DNA of 64,000 nucleotides, from NCBI GenBank assembly GCA_036172245.1, contig JAYWIR010000027.1:372001-436000 (forward strand), in the 5' to 3' direction. Position numbers and translations under genes: made by a program. The notes below the pieces were generated by a model that ran no database searches, was not told where the DNA came from, and saw nothing but the letters and a program-made list of their open reading frames with translations. Shown one piece after another: positions 60,151 through 64,000 of the stretch; within the stretch, counting starts at the first letter, position 1, and each line of letters begins with the position of its first letter. The stretch is from Raillietiella orientalis (taxonomy: Eukaryota).

Positions 60151-60699
60151 GATGACACGTAGCCCGTGTGATGATCATTCAGGACGATCTCACGTGATGA
60201 TCAACGGGTTGTTCGTCACGCCAACAGAGTGCTCTTCACGGTTGTCTTCTTACACGAGCTCGTGTAGCTGCAGGACGGAAGTGACCTCTAGACCCGCTAT
60301 CAAGCGGGATTTGTTCAACGGTCTTTCGCAGAGAACTCCTCTCAGGAGTCAAAGAGCGCTCGCTGCCGAGAGGAGGGAAAAGAGAGGTCTCGGGATCAAC
60401 ACCGGGATCTCGGGTGTTCCTGGCTCCCCACTAGAGCGTTTCCGGAAGCCCAACCGACTTTGCCTACCCGGGAGCGCGAAGAGGAGCAGCTCTGAGTCTT
60501 CCCCTTTCAGGAGCCACACGCCACCCGGGATCTGACAGACTCGCCCCTCTTTTCAAAAGTCTCGCTCCCTGGCTTTCCCTTCTGACCCTAGGGTCACTCA
60601 CTGCGGGAGAGAAAGAGGTCCACAAGAGGAGAGGAATCGGGGAGGCGACTCGAAAGGAGCTGAGTTGGAGAGACCCGGAGGGCGTTTTCTTCCCTGGTC

Positions 60700-63000
60700 A
60701 CTATTGCGGAAAAGCTAAGAGAGGAAACGAAGAAAGAGAATTCGGATGTCCTCGGGAGCAGATGACCGGCAGCTCCGACCCTTTTGGGAGCCGACTCGAA
60801 CAGGAAGGAGGCGAACCTGGCTGGCATCCCCTGGCGACGCGGAGCTCGAAGCAGCGGAACGGAAGGCACCTCAGCTCTTCTGGCGCTGGAGCCGTTGAGG
60901 ACTCGGCCGGGTTCTCCGGGATCCGCTCCGGCAGAGGAAGGACTGACCCTTCCAGAGGCCCCTGACATCCAGCAGAGACATCTGGAAACCGACAACGTGC
61001 GGTTTGGCGCATCACGGGTTTCAAGTCGGGACGGCAACGGGACCCGTCGCACCCTCCATCGTGGGCGGGTCAACAACCATGGAGCCTCAGGCAGCCGAAG
61101 GGTGCCCGTCCACCCACCCTCTTTCCCTTGAACGGTTCGCGAGGGAGACACTGTAGCGCATGTGAAAGGGAGAAGGGGCGTAAGAAGAGGCCATCCTACC
61201 CCTTCGCCATCCTTCAAGGACGGCAGTCCCGCCTCCCTCTTCCGGAATTCGAGGTCTTCGACGTTCTCCGCGGAGAAACCGAGGATCGTGGAAAAGAGAC
61301 CAGGGGATCTCGAAGTGAGGGTGGAGGAGAAGAGGAGGTGGGACAGAGACGGAAAAGATAGAACAAATTCTTACCGTGTCTTCCATGCCGCTGGAGACCG
61401 CAGAAGCGAGCACCGCCAGAGCCGCGATCGCTCCCTGGAAGTATTGAGAGTAAAGAGGATCCCGGGAACGGCCGTTCCCCTCGCACTCACCACAAAGCGT
61501 CCTCCGTGGAATCTCGGGAGCATCTTCATCCTCCAGGACGGAGAAGCTTGGGTACGGCGGGGGCCTCGGGGTGTAAGCGGATGCCGTCGCGGCCCGCGCT
61601 ATATATAGGGGTTCCCTCCGTGGGGCCGGCCGGCTTTACTAAGTTCCTGGAAGATCTGCTTCCAGGTGGTGCCTGTCGAGACCAGGAGATTCCGGAACTT
61701 GTGCAGGAGGGATGTGGGATCGGCTGGAGAGTAGGAAGATGCGGGGTGAGGGGGGGCTGCAATCAGCAGCAACAATTAAGGATAATTGTTGGGATTGCAT
61801 CAGGATGACCTTTGCGTCTGGCAAAGAACGACAAGAGGACAGACGCATTCCCATGGAGGCCCCTCCGTGAGCAGCTTGCAGGTGTCCTCCCGGGCTCGAC
61901 CCTCCATGCAGTCCCTCACCCACCCACCCATTCACCAGCCGCGCGCCCGTTCTGGGAGATAATTGGGGTCGCCCGATCTTCCCCGTAATTCGCCTCGCAG
62001 ATGCACCGGCTCCGGATCGAACGCGGCCGATCCTTCGAGGACTCCTTTTCGGAAAGGTCGCGTTCCCCACTTCCGGCAAGGTGGGAGCTCTCTGGGGCTT
62101 TCGCGAGCTCCTTGAACTCCCACCGAGACTCCTCCCAGGCGTCCCACCCCCAACGAGGCACGCCTTCCTCGGAAAGAACCCAGGCAACCTCCTCCCCAGA
62201 AATGGGGGGGAGGAAGAGGACGAGGATTTCCGGGTTCGGGTGAACACGTGCCTGAGGGCATCTCGTCGCTCGAATGAATCTGCCTCTTCTTCCCAAGGAC
62301 ATCGCCTTTGTGCCGAAGGTGGCTCGGCACAAAGACAGGTTGCGGAGGCAGGAGAAAAAGAGGAACGCGCCGGATTTTCTTCCCAGAGGGGGACAGGTGC
62401 TGGGACTGCTGAAAGTAGCGACAACTGCGCACTGTGGCTAACAGTCCCGGCAGTGGAGGGCGTGGATAGGAGGTCCTAGTGGGGATCCCCTGCACACTCC
62501 TTCTGGAGTCCGGATAGACGTCGCTCCCTTGTGTGTGCGTTCGGGATGCGAAGATGGCTGGTTGATCCTGGTGGGGAGGCACCTCTCCACGCCCTTGCGT
62601 TCCCAACGGGTTGACGGATACCCTCCAAGAAAAATTTTTTCCACCAAGGTCGATACAGAACCCATTTTGTGGGGGAGGGGGGGCAGGAAACGGCGCTGTT
62701 GAATCCCGGATGTCGCTGTTCCCGGAAGATGGGATCCTTCGCGAGACTTCTCAAACAAAAGATGCCCCCAGGTGGACCACGCTCTCCCTACCAAGAGTAT
62801 GGGGGACTGTTGGTAGGGATACCTATTAAGAGTCCCCATCTTAGCATCGCGCGCGCAGGGGGAGTCACCAGCACTCCCAGACCAGAAGGAAATGCCGGGT
62901 CGAACCTTTCCAGAAGCTCGAATGCCGGGACTGTCTGGAAAAGGGGCTCTGACCAGCGATCGAGTCAACGGCAGCTTTCTTTCGGGTCACCCCACGCAGT
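60700..63000 (-). mobile_element. Decayed non-LTR (LINE-like) retrotransposon
   Basis: In order on minus: ILLVG..STWG (APE-like), VKPAGPTEG (KAPGPDG-like), GERPFP, LDV/SGA..RV and RGCQPGSP (G.PQGS-like); all frame-broken. Confidence 0.4.
60709..61098. repeat. Diverged direct repeat, copy 1 (copy 2 at 63499-63868)
   Basis: Shared blocks gaattcggatgtcctc, cctggcgacgcggagctcgaagcagcggaacggaaggc, gaggcccctgacat and gcctcaggcagccga. Confidence 0.9.
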
Positions 63001-63498
63001 ACTTCCAGACGTGCTGGTATCAGATTCTGTGGGAAAAAGGTTCAGTCAGGATGCCTCAGGAAGCCCAGTGGGATTGCTCGGGGAGTGTCGGACCGCGTGG
63101 TCCAAAGAGGGAGCGATCGGGCAGATGCGCCTCCCGGAAGCGCATCCGGTGGAGAGGGCCCTACATGAAAACAGGCGGCTAAACCTTCCCAGAGGAAATT
63201 TCCGCCGCCTGGATCAGTCTCCTGCGAGTGCAGGCCGCGAAGGTTGCACGGGGTTTTTCCGTGGCAATCAAGAAGCAATTTGTTGAGTAGCAATTACGAG
63301 GGTGTATTATGATTGTAGCGTTTTTCCCTCCCTTCCTCCTTCTCCCCCATGCCACTTGGTCTTCATTGTTTCGCTACATTCTGATTTATCCGGGAATGGA
63401 AAACCTCCTGAGGATGCTGGAGGAGGAGTGCTGGCTGCAGAGATGCCACCTTTTGCCGCCCCTCGGTTCACATCGCCAGCGCCAAATGCTCGGTTTGG

Positions 63499-63868
63499 GA
63501 AAAGCTGAGGAGAAAAAAGAAAAGAATTCGGATGTCCTCAGGGGCAGGCGACCCGAAGCTCCAACCCTTCTGAGAGCCAACTCGAAAAGGGAAGGGTGCA
63601 AACCTGCTCTGGCATCTCCTGGCGACGCGGAGCTCGAAGCAGCGGAACGGAAGGCTCCTCTGCTCTGCTGGCGCTGGAGCCATTAAGGACTCCGGGCGGG
63701 TTCTCCGGGGTTTTCCCCGACAGAGGAGGGACTGACCCCTTCTGGAGGCCCCTGACATTCAGCAGAGACATCCGGAGACTGACAACGTGTGGCTTGTCGC
63801 ATCGCGAGTTTCGAGCCACCGCGATCTGCATCGCGGGCAGATCAGCGACGATGGCGCCTCAGGCAGCC
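63499..63868. repeat. Diverged direct repeat, copy 2
   Basis: See 60709-61098. Confidence 0.9.
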
Positions 63869-64000
63869 GATGAATGAACGTGCTTTTACCAGAAAAAATA
63901 AATAAATACCAATGTCGGAAGATCATCAAGAAGATATGAGGAGCACGAAGAAATGGGAGCTGAAGGTTTCGAGGGTAGCAAAGCAGGAAGGGAAGGCGCG

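Noticed and set aside
1..64000. CRISPR arrays, rRNA/tRNA genes, prokaryotic operons
   Set aside because: None seen; the sequence is intron-containing eukaryotic DNA

Overview
Eukaryotic (metazoan, probably arthropod; inference) genomic DNA with short spliceosomal introns. Recognisable genes: a 15-exon NMDA receptor subunit 1 gene (minus, ~6.0-11.6 kb); two paralogous astacin-EGF-CUB metalloprotease genes (minus, ~37.4-43.7 kb and ~52.4-57.0 kb); a frameshifted histone H1-like gene (46.1-46.8 kb). The dominant structure is a palindrome of two near-identical ~10.07-kb arms (13132-23201 and 27303-37378) around a 4.1-kb spacer. Each arm carries a complete 5-exon ZFAND2/AIRAPL-type gene. The arms look more GC-rich than the spacer and the right flank. 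The right arm's outer end lies inside the last codons of astacin A. The left arm's inner end lies inside exon 3 of an unrecognised 4-exon gene for a 133-aa predicted secreted protein that starts in the spacer. So each arm is 'native' at a different end, which fits an inversion with a large inverted duplication. Much intergenic and intronic DNA appears to be decayed Penelope-like retroelements, plus other TE remnants; these were recognised by eye from motifs only. All gene models and alignments were made by hand and no searches were run.
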